From NCBI RefSeq assembly GCF_009914755.1, contig NC_060945.1: a stretch of 64,000 nucleotides of DNA; one strand, given 5' to 3'. Position numbers and translations under genes: made by a program. This document shows positions 33,316-52,121 of this stretch, piece by piece. Below the pieces are notes generated by a model that did no database searches, was not told where the DNA came from, and worked only from the letters and a program-made list of their open reading frames with translations. Each line of letters begins with the position of its first letter. Position 1 is the stretch's first letter. Source of the stretch: the human T2T-CHM13v2.0 reference genome, Homo sapiens.

Positions 33316-34146
33316 TCTGTTCTTTTGAAAACCCATTAGATAATCCTTAGGTTGTCTTCTCAGCAACAGGTCATTGTAGGAACCACTGGGCTAGGTGGCC
33401 TCCCAAACCCAGCCCACTCTGAGATTCCATGCTGAATTCCCTTGCAGTGCCGTCAGGCTTGTTGAGGCTAAAGACCTACTGATGAGGAATAGTAGCAACA
33501 CCTACTAAGTGGTTATTCTGTGCTGGGGACTTTGCTAAGCATTTCATGCACAACTGTGTTATTCAGCCCTGATGACTCTGTGAGGCATGTTCAGATTGAA
33601 AGAATGGCTCTCTCTACATGGTGAAGAACAGAGTCAGAAATTGATCCCAGGTCAAATGCATTCGATCAGCATGGCCAAGCCCAAGCTGTGCTACCTTCCT
33701 GAATACAGGCAAGTGAGCTCGTAGGGATGCTTCACTCTGTTACTCACCACTTCCGGCAGCTGCCCACTCGCTGGTCCCCAGTGAACTGTAGGCTTTTGCT
33801 AGATAGAAGAAGTTACTTTCTTTCTTTCTTTCTTTCTTTCTTTTTTTTTTTTTTTTTAAGGTGTTTGATTGACTGAAATTTAGGAGTAGGCATTACGATG
33901 GGGAGGAGAGAAATTAAAAAGGGTGAGGGAAGGCAGTTTAAATTAAAATGTTGCTGATTGAATTTATATTCCTGACAATCCCATTTTGTGTGCTAAACTG
34001 ATCAAAGGAAGAAAAGATGAGATGGAAGATCATAAAGGCTTTGTTCCTCCCACAAACATCAGCAGAGACCTGCATTTAAGTCAGGCCTGGATGGCTTAGA
34101 AGCAACTCAGGGAGTTGGTCTTCCTCTCTAGGCTGGCAGCTTCTTA

Positions 34147-34486
<340 letters not shown>

Positions 34487-34684
34487 GGGGGGTGGGGTGT
34501 TTCAGATGGAAGGGAAACTGATGCTAAAAATACATTGGTTAATAAATAGACTTGAGTGATAGACTTGAGTGGTGTCCGCTTGTTAAGTTTAAATGGCTGA
34601 GCATACGTCTTTATGCTGAGCAGTAAACATCGGGTATACTCTTATCAAACATTTCCTACTCATCCCTTTGGTATTCCCTTCTAG

Positions 34685-35205
<521 letters not shown>

Positions 35206-36775
35206 AAGGAGTCGTGGCCTTTGGAATAAGTCAAATTGTGTATCTCTTTCTCTTTCTCTTACACAGCACCCTCTACCCCGTGTTGTAAAGCGGGGGGTTT
35301 TGTAAACTTACACCTCCCCCACCATCTCAAGCTGGGGGGTCCCAGGTGAGAGGCTTCCATAGAGGACAAGGTGGTGCAGAAACATCTGCTGTGGGAGTGG
35401 GGTCCCCAGCACTGGGTGCTTCGGCCAGCTACCCCCGACCCCAGGCCCCCTCATAGGCTGCCCTCCCATACCCTCCTTTCTCGTCTTTTCCTCCTACAGG
35501 TGCTACACCCCTGTGAGAGTGTTTTGGAGTGTTTTCATTGTTAGGGTGGAGGGAGGCTGTGTGTGTCCAGGAAAGGTGACTCCTGTGTTAACCATGAGGG
35601 TCCTCGCAGGGAGGAATCGTTGGGAGCCCTAGGGTGTGTTTTGTCCTCTCCTCACCTGTTTGCTCCTTGGGATTTGCTGATGAGAAATGAAGGGTAGGGC
35701 ACCCTAGGAGCCACTGGAACCAAGGGCAGGGAGGATGGGAAGATGTTTTACTCAGCACCTAACACACGCAGATCCCTGTGACAAGAGCTCATGCTCTCCC
35801 ACTTCTCGCAAGACCCCAGAGTGGATGGGGAGTGAGGTGGCAGCAGCTGGCACTGGAAGCAGTGCGGAGTGTTTGGTCTGGTTGCTGATGGCTGCATGGG
35901 AAACTTGCAGGAGTGTGTGTTAGTAAACGTCTCCCCGTCCTGGCCCAGTTTGTGTCGAACATTGCGTTTTCCATGTGGGGAGTCAGGGGAGTTCCATCTT
36001 AAATTGCACTGTGCTTGCTGGATGCTCTTCAGGACAATTTAGGAAGCAGGAAAGAATTTACAAAGTTCTGAGGACAGACAGACCCTGCTCCTACAAGCTG
36101 CAGTGCTCACCATAGTCAAAGTGGACTTTCACGTAAGCCCAGACCTCATTCTCTCTGAAGGAGGCCGCTCCAGCCTTTGCCAGGAGCCCTGGTGACTTTA
36201 TTCTGCCTAATCCTGCTGCGGCCTGGGGTCCTGTTAGAACGTGAATGGAAGACCACAGCAGAGGTGGGATGCCCTTGGATTTCTGCCATCCCCACGCTTT
36301 CGTGACATGCTCAGATGGGGCCTAGAACTGACCCTGGGCCGTGGCCTACCATCCTCCCTTTGTCAGGGCCTCCTTGCACCCTGGCAGGTTACCCCACCCA
36401 CCCTGGCCCATGTTCCTGCCCCAGGGGCCTGGCCTCTCTGCTGCCCACCCTGCAGGTGTAGGGTATCACCTGCTCCTGCCTTGCCTGGCATCAGACCTGC
36501 TACCTTGGCACCACTTCCTCCCTCATGCCCACCCGCCTGTGTGCCTCATAAGTCCAAGGCGGGGGATCTGCTGACCAGTAGACACTCATGTGCTAAACAC
36601 AAGCGCTTTTCTAGGCTTTGGGATTTAAAGCTACACTTTGGAATTTGTGGAAGATCTGGCCATCTTGGAAAATTAGGTAGAAGGTGACATAAGGACTGGA
36701 CTAAACCACTGATCATCCCAACAGTGCCCGTGGCTTTTCTGTTTTTTGTTTTTGCTTTTGTTTTTTTAGAGATGA

Positions 36776-36898
<123 letters not shown>

Positions 36899-38244
36899 TA
36901 ATTTATTTATCTTTTGTTTAGAGACAAGGGTCACGCTGTACTGCCCAGGCTGGGTGTAGGTTTTTTCTGAAGAGCATTTGGGAGTTTTGTTTTTGCTTGG
37001 TTACTTTTCCTATGCACCCTTCTACCACTAGGGGGAGATGATTAATCACTAATTGAAGGGATTTTGTTCGTTTTTTATGTTTTGGGTTTTTTTGTTTGTT
37101 TGTTTGTTTGTTTTAATAAAGAAAGAGTTTAATTGCAGTAAGGCAGGCCGCGCAGGAGATGGCGTTCTTATTCAAATCGGTCTCTCTGAAGGCTCAGAGG
37201 TTAGGGGTTTTCAAGGCGGAGTTCTTGCTATCATTCCACTCCTTAGGTACATGAAGTTGGTAGATGTGTAGTTTGATGTTAAATTATTGGGTGGATGCAT
37301 GCACCGCTGGTTGTAGAGACTGGTAAAGCCCACTAGCAGGACCCCACCTGGACCAAAGCAATCCCTCAACCCGCTGGACCATGACCGAGAACAAACACAA
37401 AGGACCTGAAATGCGTTGTGAAGGCCAGAAGCCGACATCCACATTCTCCACCCACGGAGAGCCCCAGAGTCCCTCATGCACATCCTGCTTGATCTATTAC
37501 ACACATTCACACATTCGCAACACATTTGTTTGGTTTTCAAGCTTACAACATATTAGAAACAGAAAGGAAGAAAGGCTGTCAGCAGCAGAAATACCTTTGA
37601 GCAAGAGGGACGGTCTTTGAGAAGCAGACTTGAGAACTCACCGTGTGCTCTTCATGCGCCAGACACTGCGGCAGCCACAGCGTCCCACATGGGATGCCAC
37701 ACGTGATGATGTTATGTTCATGGTGATGACCTCAGGCGTGAAGAAGAGGTTCAGCCGTTTCACACAGTCTGTTTAACAAGCACATACATAACACAGACAT
37801 ACGTGAGGAATCTCAGAAACCAAATAATTCAAACAAAGAGTCTGGGATTCTTTCAAAAGCGTTGCCTCTGCCCAAGCTTTCTTCAAATTCTGTCTATAGG
37901 GAAACGTAGCTGTCAATGTCTCATTCCCGAAGACTTCCAGATGCCTGGATCTTTAGAGTTCTCCACCTCACCCCGAGTTGATTACACAAATGTTCCTGGG
38001 GCTTTGCTTAGTGCCCTGCTCTGTGCCAGGCCCCACAGGCAGAGATGGCAGGGACCCAGGCCTGACGTTGGAGAGCTCCTGACCCACTGCCGGAAACACA
38101 CGCACCATCACACCATGAGGGAGCTCCCCCATGCAGATCTCATCTGTGTCAGAGTGAAGCCAGAGGATGGACGGTGGAGAGTCTAGAAGGAGAAGAGAAA
38201 GGAGGATGAGTTCTCAAACATGAGCAAGCAGGAGAGGCCATTTA

Positions 38245-38814
<570 letters not shown>

Positions 38815-40059
38815 TTACTCCCCAAGAGCTCACAGCTGCCTCCACAGAGGGTAACGGTATCATTATCCCCTTTTCGCAGATAAGGAAACTGAGGCAGAGA
38901 GGCCCTGCCTAAGGTCCCCCAGCTGGTGGGAGGCAGAGACAGGAACCAGCCCTCATGGTCTCACTGTGAGACTGGACTTTTCACAGCTGTGCGGTCGAGT
39001 CTGAGCCAAGTAAAGTAAAGCGAGTTTTTGTACTTCGAAGTCTGGGACATAAAATCTTCAAGACGTCAGCATCAGTGACACGATGGTGACAGAGGCCAGC
39101 ATTGCTTGTTGTATCTTTTTCCATCCTGTTCCTATCTACACTTCCATTCTTCTGTTCATTCTGCTTGCATTTCCCACCCAGATGGCTTTCACGGACACAC
39201 ACACACACACACACACCGCACACACACACATCACTCACAGACGCACCCTGTGCCCAATGTCAAAAGACAAAACTGCAACACGTTTAGTCATAGACCTCAT
39301 TGTCTTTTATTCTTGATTCATGAATGGGGCAGCCTCCCTTCTATAAAACAGAGCAAGAGCTCCCACCGGACAATTGCAGAACAGTGGGCTTTGTAAGGTG
39401 GGGACAAGGAAACAGAACAATAGAAAAGAAGCTGATGGGTTAACATCAGGTTACTTCAGGACCTCCTAATCACGCTGACTCAGGTAGACCAGAAGCTCCT
39501 GTTTTCAGGAAAAACTAATCTGTTTGGGGACCTACCTGCTTCCTTATTAAAGTTTTGGGTTGATTATATGGCTCTTAGCATGACTGACTCCATTTTGGTT
39601 TGGTTTGATCTGGTCTGTTGGGGCCTAGTGCAGGATCTCAGTCCAAAACAATAGCCTCCCATAATTTTTGTTTAATGCTGGGTCAGCGGTAGGCTTGGTC
39701 CACTTGCGCTTCTGCCTGGGTGGGCCTTCCTCTTTTCCTCCTTTTCTCTCTGTGGTGAAATCCCCATTCTTCTTTCTGTCCTCCACTTCAGTTTCACCTC
39801 TTCCTGCAACCCTGCCCACAGCTCTTCAGCGCCAGGCCCTGGACTCAGCTCTCACTACGCAAACCTCCAACATCTCACTGAGTGGGAGGTGGCCCCCACC
39901 TCCACACCAGACCTGGACCTTGAGGGTCCAGGCTTGTTTTCCTTGGTACTCCTGGCCCTGACGCACCCAGCCAGGCACACAGAAGGTGCTCCAGTATTTG
40001 ATGAGTGAATGACTGGTAGCACCAGAGGAAAGGGAGCAGGGAGTATGGCCAAGACCATT

Positions 40060-40510
40060 AGCTGCCTTCCTCAGTGTTCCTTCTCCCCTTCTCCCTAGTA
40101 ATAGAACCCTGACTTTTACCTGGCCGTATGGTCACTCAAAATAAAGGACTACATTTCCCACCTTCTCTCGCAACCAAGCCTGGCCAATCAGGTTTAAGTG
40201 GAAGTGTAGTGTGGGACTTCCTGGAAGGATCTTTAAAAGGGACAGGATGGGCCCCTCTTCCTCCCTTTCTCCTTTTTGGCTGCCTGGAATACTAATGCAA
40301 TCGCTTGTTCCGCAGCCACTTTGGACTAAGAGGTGAGTTTGAGACCTGAACCAAATCTAGGACAATGGAGTAAAAAGATAGGATCTTGGGCTCTCAGTGA
40401 CCATGGATCCATCATTTCACCCCTGAACTGACACCTTGACACTTCTTATTTTTGGTGGTGGTGGTGGGGTAGCTTCTATTTTGTTGGCATCTCTGTGGTC
40501 TATTCATAGT
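40060..40510 (+). mobile_element. ERVL LTR remnant (LTR33/LTR16-like)
   Basis: gactacatttccca...tggccaat...gacttcctggaag. Confidence 0.5.
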
Positions 40511-41301
40511 TCACCTGTTTTAGCTGACACATGGAGCCAGTTAGAGATGGGCGCAAGGGCTTCCTGATATGAAGACTTGGATTCTGGTCCTGACCCTCCT
40601 GTTACTACTGTTACGTACGTGGCTAGGTGAGTCGGTCACCACCCTAGCCTGGCCTTTGTAAAATGAGCTCAATGATCACTGCCCTCCCTACTGTACAGTG
40701 TTTGTCTGAACTGAATGAGGTCAAGCATGTAAAGATGGTTTGCATGTGGCAGGACAATCACAAATGGAAGGAGTGTATACTACCTCGGTGGGCAACTCAG
40801 CCACCAGTTGGCCAGGCAGGGGCTCCATCCAACCCAATTGGATTGAGCCAATGGCCAACGAACCCCATTTGCTAATTTACCTCTTAGGTCCTTGTAGGGG
40901 CAGCACCATTTCCTAATGCACCCCCACCTTGAAAGCCACCTTGATCCGTGGGAGGGAGAGGGGCTGTGGGTATTAGTGATGGGGAAGGCCAGAGAGGCTG
41001 GGATGTTCCATCAGCCAACCACTCAGAAGGAGAATAGTGCCACCAACATCAGGAGCTCACTTCTAGTGGACATGTCTAGAGATATGTGGCTCAGCCCTGC
41101 GTTGCTGCGTGTGGTCACCCGCTCTTAACTAAATACAGTGCTCTAAATATGGCTGCTCCCAAAGAGACTGTGGGCTGTCCTCACCAGCCATCCTGTCCCA
41201 CCCCCACCAGAAGAAACCTCTTCTTATTATTAATTCCCTAACCGATTGCAGATATTGCAGATGGTCTTAAAGGAAATGCCAGAGAACAAAGTTTCCTCTG
41301 A

Positions 41302-41796
<495 letters not shown>

Positions 41797-42588
41797 AGGT
41801 TATGTGATTTTAAAGTCCCACTGTATTTTATTAAGGAGTTGATTGAGCCTCAAGGAAGTAAAGCAACTTATCCAGAACATATAGCTACGAAGCTAGAAAC
41901 TCAAGATTCCAACTAGGTCCATCCAATTCCAAAAGCCCGGTGAACTTTCTGTTACTTTCTATGGGAAGTTTTCAGGTTTAGTATAAAGCAACATTTCTTA
42001 ATTATGAATACAATCTTATGTAACCAAATTGCACATTAAAGGGTATTCCTTTTGATCCTTCTTTCCTCTTTTCTAATAATTTTTACAAGGCCTCAAAGGA
42101 ATAGAACTCTAAATCTGTTTTATTAAATTGCTTTAGTTTTCAAACAAAAATAGCTCCTGTTGGTTTATCTTTAGCTGATAACCTAAAAACATTCCTTTTT
42201 TATCGCTGTAAAATAATGTGTCTTTAAAGGATATTCTGTCTCCTCTTTAATTTTATGTTGAAATAAAATTTTTTGGTGTCCAGGGGAGTTGGCCATTTTA
42301 GCGGCTGGTGTCTCATCTGAGGTCAGAGGTGAGTCTTGCGACATAGAAATGATGGGGGTGAAAAAGGAAAAGCTCAGCTTCAATAACTAAGCTAAGCACG
42401 GTGGTGAGGAGCATGGGCTTCAGAATCTCTTGGCCCCAGTGCCTTGCCAGTGCCTCAGTTTCCTCATCTGTAAAACAACTGACAGGATTAAGAGAATTAA
42501 ATTATAATAGCTATGCGTTAGTGGCATCATGAAGAATGGCTCTAAGCATGAATTCTGGGTTGAATCTCTCTGGGCCTCAGTTTTCCAC

Positions 42589-42905
<317 letters not shown>

Positions 42906-43219
42906 ACGTGTAGCTGTTGGTGCCTATTATTCCAGAACCGCAGAGGCATGGAATAAACGGGATGTAGGGCAAAACCCACTCATCTCCCAAAACTCAGGCC
43001 ACCCACACGTGGGCCTGCACAATGACAGCACACTGAAGTGACCAAGGAAGTTTGAGTACCATGGTTTGCTCTCAAGGAACTTAAATCCTAAAACGTACAT
43101 GAAATCCTGAGGGAAAAAGACCTCACAAATATACTACACAATAGGAGTTATTTCACCAGGTTAATTGCCAATGAGAAATGCAATGTTTCTATTGGCAGAG
43201 CAAGACTTCCTTTAGCACC

Positions 43220-44365
43220 TGTGGCTGGCTGAATAGTGGCCACCAAAGATATCAAGGTCCTATTCCCTGGAACCTATGAATGTCGCTTTAGATGGAAAAA
43301 GTTCTGCCTATGTGACCAAGTTAAGGATTTTGAGATGTGAAGATGGTTTTAGATTACTCAGGTGGGCCCTGAATGCAATCTCAGGTGTCCTTGTAAGAGG
43401 GAGGCAGAGGGAGATTTGACACAGGATGAGAAAGTGGTGTGGCCACAAGCCCAGGAATGCCGGTGGCCACCAGAAGCTGGAAGAGGCAAGAAACAGGTCC
43501 TCCCTGGAGCCTCTGGAGAGAGTGCTGCCCTGCCAACAGCTTGCCTTTGGCTGTCTTCTCTGTCCTGTCCTGTCCTATCCTTTTTCTTTTCTTTCTCTCT
43601 CTTTTTTTTTGTTTTTTTGGAGATGGAGTCTTGCTCTGTTGCCCGGGCAGGAATGTGATGGTGTGATCTCGGTTCACTACAACCTCTGCCTCCCAGGTTC
43701 AAGTGATTCTCCTTCCTCAGCCACCCAAGAGGTGGAATTACAGGCGCCCACCACCATGCCCAGCAAATTTTTGTATTTTTAGTAGAGATGGAGTTTCACC
43801 ATGTTGGCCAGGCTGGTCTCCAACTCCTGACCTCAAGTGCTCCTCCGACCTCAGGCTCCCAAAGTGCTGGGATTACAGGCATGAGCCACTGAGCCACCGT
43901 GCCTGGCCTCTTTCCCTTCCCGTCCCCCTTCCTCTTTCCCTTCCCTTTCCCTCCCCTGCCCCCTTCCCCCCGCCCCCTCCCTCTCCCCTGCCCCCTCCCC
44001 CTCCCTCTCCCCTCTCCTCCCTCCCCTCTTTCCTTCCTCCCTCCCTTCCCTCCCTCCCTTCCTTCCTTCTCTCTTTCTTTCTTCTTTCTTTCTCTCTCTC
44101 TCTCCCCTCCCTCTCCTCCTTAGCCCCCCTCCTTTCTCCCTTCTCTCTCTTTCTTTTTGAGACAGGGTCTCACTCTATCACCCAGGCTGGCATGCAGTGG
44201 TGCGATCAGAGCTCACTGTAGCCTCAAGCTCCTAGGCTCAAGCGGTCCTCCTGCCTCAGCCTCCCGAGTAGCTGCAACCACAGCCACTACATCTGGCTTA
44301 ATTTCTGTTGTTTTAAGCCACCAAGCCTGTGGTAATTTGTTTCAACAGCCACAACAAATTAATAT
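43220..44365 (+). mobile_element. MLT1C-like LTR interrupted by two antisense Alus (43605-43907, 44155-44300) and a C/T-rich tract (43908-44155)
   Basis: MLT1 5' part to ~43545 and 3' end ttttaagccaccaagcctgtggtaatttgtt...aattaatata. Confidence 0.75.
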
Positions 44366-44659
44366 AGCACTGTTGACTGTCAAGTGAGGCCTGCAACAGT
44401 GGAAACTTTATAGTTCTGAGTGGTCAGCTGTTTGAGGTGTGATTAATCTCCAGGAAAAATGTTACCAGGATTCCCTTTGTAACCATGACAAAATGCTGAG
44501 AAGTGGTGGACACTTAGTTGCTGAAAAGCACTGAACGTTCGCTTTCATCTGACAAAGTCTTTCTGAATAATACAGGGAGGTTCGGGAGGGAAAGAAGGCA
44601 AGCAAACGATGGGATGCTTTCTGCACGTGGCTGTCAGGAAATTCTGGGTAGAAATTCTT

Positions 44660-45390
44660 TCTTTCTCCTTTTCTTTTCTTTTTGAGACAGAGTCTGACTC
44701 TGTTACCCAGGTTGGAGCGCAGTGATACAATCTCTGCTCAATACAACCTCCGCCTCCCAGGGCTCAAGTGATTCTCCCACCTCAGCCTCCCTAGCAGCTG
44801 GGAACATAGGTGTGCGCCACCATGCCCAGCGAATTTTGGTATTTTTTGTAGAGACGAGGTTTCACCATGTTGCTGGCCTCGAACTTCTGAGCTCAAGCAA
44901 TCCTTTCACCTTGGCCTTCCAAATTGCTCGTACAGGCATAAGCCACTGTGCCCAGTCCAGAAATGTTCATAAATTGTTTTTTTTCATAGACCTTATTTTT
45001 TAGAGCCATTTTTTAGATTCATGCAGAATTGAGTGAATTGAGTGGGTGCCCCACCACCCACCACCGCTACCAACATCCCATGTAAGTGTACAAAATTTTT
45101 TTTTTCTTTTACAGGCAGGGTTTCACTTTGTCACCCAGGCTGGAGTGTAGTGGACAACCATAGCTCACTGTAGTCTCAAACTTCTGGCTCAAGTGATCCT
45201 CCTCCCTCAGCCTCCCAAGTAGCTAGGACTATAGATGTATGCCACTCAGCCCAGCTATTTTTAAATATTTTTGTAGAGATGAGGTCTTGCTGTGTTTCCC
45301 AGGCTGGTCTTGAACTCGTGACCTCAAGCAGTCCTCCTGCCTCGGCCTCCCAAAGTGCTGGGATTACAGGTGTGAGCCATTGTGCCCAGC
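44660..45390 (-). mobile_element. Two antisense Alus (44660-44957, 45095-45390)
   Basis: Antisense dimers. Confidence 0.88.
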
Positions 45391-45766
45391 CATAAATTAT
45401 TCTTTTTGCACTCCTCGGAATGATTACCTCTGAAATGACTGTCTGAATGTACATAACCAACAGTGAATTTTATGATATGTTTAATAGGGGTAGTCTTTTT
45501 CTATAAAAATGAAAAAGACAACCACAGATTCTTACAACAGACATCGGCAGCAGCCCCAAACCTAAATAGGGAGGTGTTGTCCCAGCTGCAAGTGGCTCAG
45601 CTACAGGGTCTCGAGATGAAACTCCACGGCACAGTCTAATGACCTGCTGGAATTCCTGGAGTTGGCGGGGAGATTGGCTGGATAAGTGGTCTCTGCAGAC
45701 CCCCATGCGTGCCACCCCTTTGCCCACCATAGCCCACTTGAACCCACCACTGTCATAACTTTCCAG

Positions 45767-45955
45767 GTCCTAACTGGGACCACCTACTCCCCTTGGAGGG
45801 TCCGGATGGAGTTTCCCCTCTGCGGCTGCCTCTCACTCATCCTCCACCACTTTGCCGACAAGGAAGGAAGGACAATCGGGAGGAGGGAGTCTTGCTTGGC
45901 GACCATCTGGACAATATCTCGCCCATGGCAAGCTGGATCCCTGTGGATTACTTTG
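45767..45955 (+). CDS. SMIM11: Alternative SMIM11 coding exon (VLTGTTYSPWRVRMEF...GSLWITL, 63 codons)
   Basis: Acceptor ataactttccag|GTC and donor TTG|GTGGGT, both phase 0, frame open; joins MNWK and AGC TAA at 48147 to give 68 aa; agrees with a recalled, unverified C21orf51 isoform. Confidence 0.55.
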
Positions 45956-46372
45956 GTGGGTGGAAACTTGGCACACTATTTAATTTGGGCTTTTTGGGGG
46001 ATGACTGCACACTGGTTCTCTTTTTTTCTCAGACCTAAATTTCGACCACTCAACTTTCAGCCTGCTCACCCCTGCTTATTGCCATCCACCTTTGGGCTGG
46101 GTTAGACCTAATCCTCCCCTTGACAAAGCCCTCAAAGTAGCCTTCACAAGATAAGAGTCGAGACCCCTAACTTACCAACAAATTTTAATGAAACTTCTAG
46201 TAAACTCAAAGCGCTTTGCCAACATCCTTAGGAGCAACCCAGTTCTCGCAGCACCCCATGTGAGGTCGCTGTTGAAGTATCTTTGGCTGCAGTGGTGTGG
46301 AATTCATCTCAACAGAGTTGACGGTAAAGACCAGACATGTAGCAGCCTCACTGCTTGTTGGAGGAACCACCC

Positions 46373-47137
<765 letters not shown>

Positions 47138-47678
47138 TCAAGTGTTTTTAAAAGCTTGCACATCTGCATCTGGGGAGAGATGGCAAGTGGGGGATGATGA
47201 CCTCATAAAGGGCTTTCTTACAGTGGTGCCAGTCCCACACATACACTTCAGATTTCAAGCATCATGGAATAAATACTCAGAACAACTCCCTGCTGACCCA
47301 TAAAATATGGGAATTGCAGATGCTACCCATAAAAATGCTACTTTGACATCACTTCTGCAATAGGTCTGAGACAGAGGTTGGCAATCTTTTAATAGTAATG
47401 AGCCTACCCATTTGGCTTAAGATGGGGAGAAATGTTTACATTCATTCATCCATTTCAAAAATATGTACTGATCACCTGCTGTACACCAGGCATTGTGCCA
47501 GGCACCAGGGGTATAGTCATGACACACCCAGGGAGTCCTGGACTTACGTGTTGTGTGTCTGTGTATGCATAGAATTTGTGCCAGTTGCCTTCCCATTTGC
47601 ACAACTAAGAGTGATTTTTTCCAGGTGGCAGAAGGAAGGTATGGCAAATTGCAAAAGAAAGTCAGTCTGCACACCTAG

Positions 47679-48012
<334 letters not shown>

Positions 48013-48146
48013 GGAGCTTGCAGTTATTGAACTAATTCAATACCTCATCTTGAAAGCACTTTTAATTTTATATACTCAGGCAAAATGACAGTTTGCTTCA
48101 AACTCTAACCATCTCTTCCTTTGTATTTTCTTGCCTCTTTAATCAG

Positions 48147-48825
48147 AGCTAAAGACATTTCATAAAATGGGCATGAAGGATTCCTTCAAATGAAGACGTG
48201 GACAAAATGATTGGTCAGGTCCTTTGCTCTACTGTTGAATGGAGGAGGATTTTTTTTTTTTTTCCCTCACACAGGGGTTTTCTTGGAGCTCAAGTTTGGA
48301 TGACCCCAGACAGTAAGATAATCTCATCATGGTAAAGTTAATATGAAATATGTGGTCTCCAAACAGCCTCTCCCAGAGGCCAGGATCAGCAGGTTTGAGT
48401 GGATAATTGGCTTGTGGTCATTTTCTCATAGGATTTTTCTTTTAGTAGTGGAAACTGTTTTTCAAATCAAATTTGGATGCCAACTATGTGGAACAGAAGT
48501 GTGGCTGCTCTGGTGGAAGTGGCAATGGTAGTCCTAGAGTCTCCCTGTCAGCCACACCCTTTGTCTCCCCCTACCCAAGGGACCCTGTGGCCTGGAACCG
48601 CAGTGTGAAATGCTATATAGTGCAATGAAGTCAATTCGAAGACAAGAGTTCTTTGTCTTTCTCATCTAATTTTTAGTTATGGATATGAGACGCTTGTTCA
48701 GAAGTATGGAAAAGTATATATAATATGTTATCTTTTAGATGTGGGTGTAAATATGCTTATGTATGCAATATGCTTATATTTTAACGCATAAACAACATGA
48801 ATAAAGCAAACACTCTAGACTTCTC
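48147..48825 (+). other. SMIM11: Candidate distal SMIM11 terminal exon (starts AGC TAA)
   Basis: Branch-like ctctaac (~48103-48109), long pyrimidine tract, aatcag| acceptor; AATAAA at 48800-48805. Confidence 0.5.
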
Positions 48826-48884
48826 CAAATGTATCTTGTTTTACAGTTTTCATTTTGGAAAATGTCAACATTTTTACATTAAAA

Positions 48885-49620
<736 letters not shown>

Positions 49621-49887
49621 AACAAAATGATCTCTAAACAATACAAACAGTAACTGATGAACCTAGCTGCTTATCATGTCAGTTCCAAAATCACACAGAG
49701 TTGAATTTCTTTCAAATGACCCTACAACACAGTATTTTGATCATATATTCTCCAGTAGAGTATAAGCTAAGGACAAAGAAAAACACATGAAATCTTAAAT
49801 GGTACTCGGTAGTTTTATTGTTAATAATGATGCTGGTATTATTATTTTGAAACTCATGTCCATTTCTCAGCTGCCATTTGATATTAA

Positions 49888-50272
<385 letters not shown>

Positions 50273-51407
50273 TGAAAACAATGACAAGAAGAACTTGATA
50301 TAAAATGCACAATTCAGACGTCCTTGAAGATCATTTTAGAGGCAGCATGAAGTGGGGGGTGGCACTGGTGATGGGGGCTGGGTGTGGAGAAAACCAGCCA
50401 AAGGAGGACTCATGGGATCCTGGAGCTTTTGACTGGGGTTCACTTGGAGCCCATACTCAGGCTGGTTCTGACAGCAGCACCTGCCAGGCCTCAGCTTAGG
50501 GGCACAATGTGGGACACATGGACTGGGGGTGTGGTCCCAGAGCCTAAGAGGCACCAACAGAGAGGTCTCCGCGGAGACTCATCTGTGCCCCCCACCCACC
50601 ACCCCGGGACAGGCCAAGCCAGCGTCTGGCCAGGAACTGCTTTTGCACAAGGAGCCAGAAGTAGTTTGCCCCGATAAATGGGGGCCTGGACTCACGCAAA
50701 CCATTGCACCATGGATGGCCAGAGAAACTCAGAGAACCTTCCTGTGCTTGTTAACATACTCTCTCACGTCCTCTGCAGCCTCTGCCAAGCCAAGCAGCCA
50801 GCTCCTAGGACTCCCCTCCCTCCACCTGAGGCTCCTTGTCCTCCCTTCCTCAGGAGTCTCCAGCCTCCCGGGACTTCCCCTCCCCGCTGCCCACTCCAGC
50901 AGAGGCTGCCAACTGCCTGGGAGAGAGAAGTGGGCTTCCTGGGGCCACCTCCCCAACTTTGGAGTGTTTGGAAGGTGATGGAGCGACCACTAGGAGGCAG
51001 TGTGGACAGGTCTCTGTAGGACTGCTCAGGCAGACACCTTTGCAGGGACCTCCCAGGTCGGGAGCCCTCCACACTTTTCCCATGGGAGCTTCTCCCTCCA
51101 CCCCGAGTCACTACTATCTGCTTTCCTAGAAGGCACTTCTTTACTTCTAATTCTTCTCCACTGCCCAGGTAACTGATATTCTCAAGTGGGACATTGTAAT
51201 TTGTTTAATTCATTTAAATTGATTTCATATAATTGGGAGATAAAGATTGTTCAGTTGCAAGACAAAGTCTTAACTTGAACTCTCAGGACACGGGTGGGTC
51301 CCTAAACTCAATACGTGAGTGTTGCTGCCGGGCTGTTGGGCCATCTTCCACCCGCCATAGATCACTTTCTTCATCAAAGAAGAAGGAATATTTAGAAACT
51401 GGTAGTA

Positions 51408-51508
51408 CAAAAAAACAAACAAACAACAACAACAACAACAAAAAACCAAAACAACAAAAAACACCAAATCACCAAAAACAAACAAACAAAAAACAAATAA
51501 AAACCCAA
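51408..51508. repeat. A/C-rich low-complexity (CAAA/CAA)n tract
   Basis: Directly visible. Confidence 0.85.
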
Positions 51509-52121
51509 AGCAGTTGCTCCTATAAATAGATGTGTGTATACATGTGGCTGGTATGAATCTTATCCACAAATTCAGTTTTGTGGGAAACATCACATTTATT
51601 TATTTAAATCAAGTCATATGGGACTTGGGCATGGTTGGAGGTTCTTACCCCACCCCACTTCCCAAGGCCAGTGCACAGGCAGGGCCTTGAGGTCACCCTT
51701 AGCCGATGCTTGGGTCTAGGTGCCCAGACCCAAGCCCCTGTGGTCCCATCATGTGGGCACTGGCATCTTTGCTGAGGCTGAGAATTTCAAAGCCAGGATC
51801 CAGCCCATTTAGGTAAACCCAAAGTCACTCTCCCAGGTGGCCCAGTCATCTTCTTGAGAACAAGAGCCATGAGCCTCAGTTCCCTGCCTCAAGAGCCTCT
51901 GTTCAACCCTAGGCTTGTAGACAACTCTGCCCCTTCTTCTCTCCCTTCAGTGTCACGGTCCCCTGTCCCATCCCTCTCTGGGACAGGTACCACAACCTCC
52001 CCACCATACACAGGGAAAGGGTCAGCCCTCAGGTTTTTGGCCTGGCATCTTGAATCTCCTCCCAGGCAACAAACCACAGAGGGCCTGGCATTCTCCTGTG
52101 AAAAGCAGGGCGGAAAGGAAA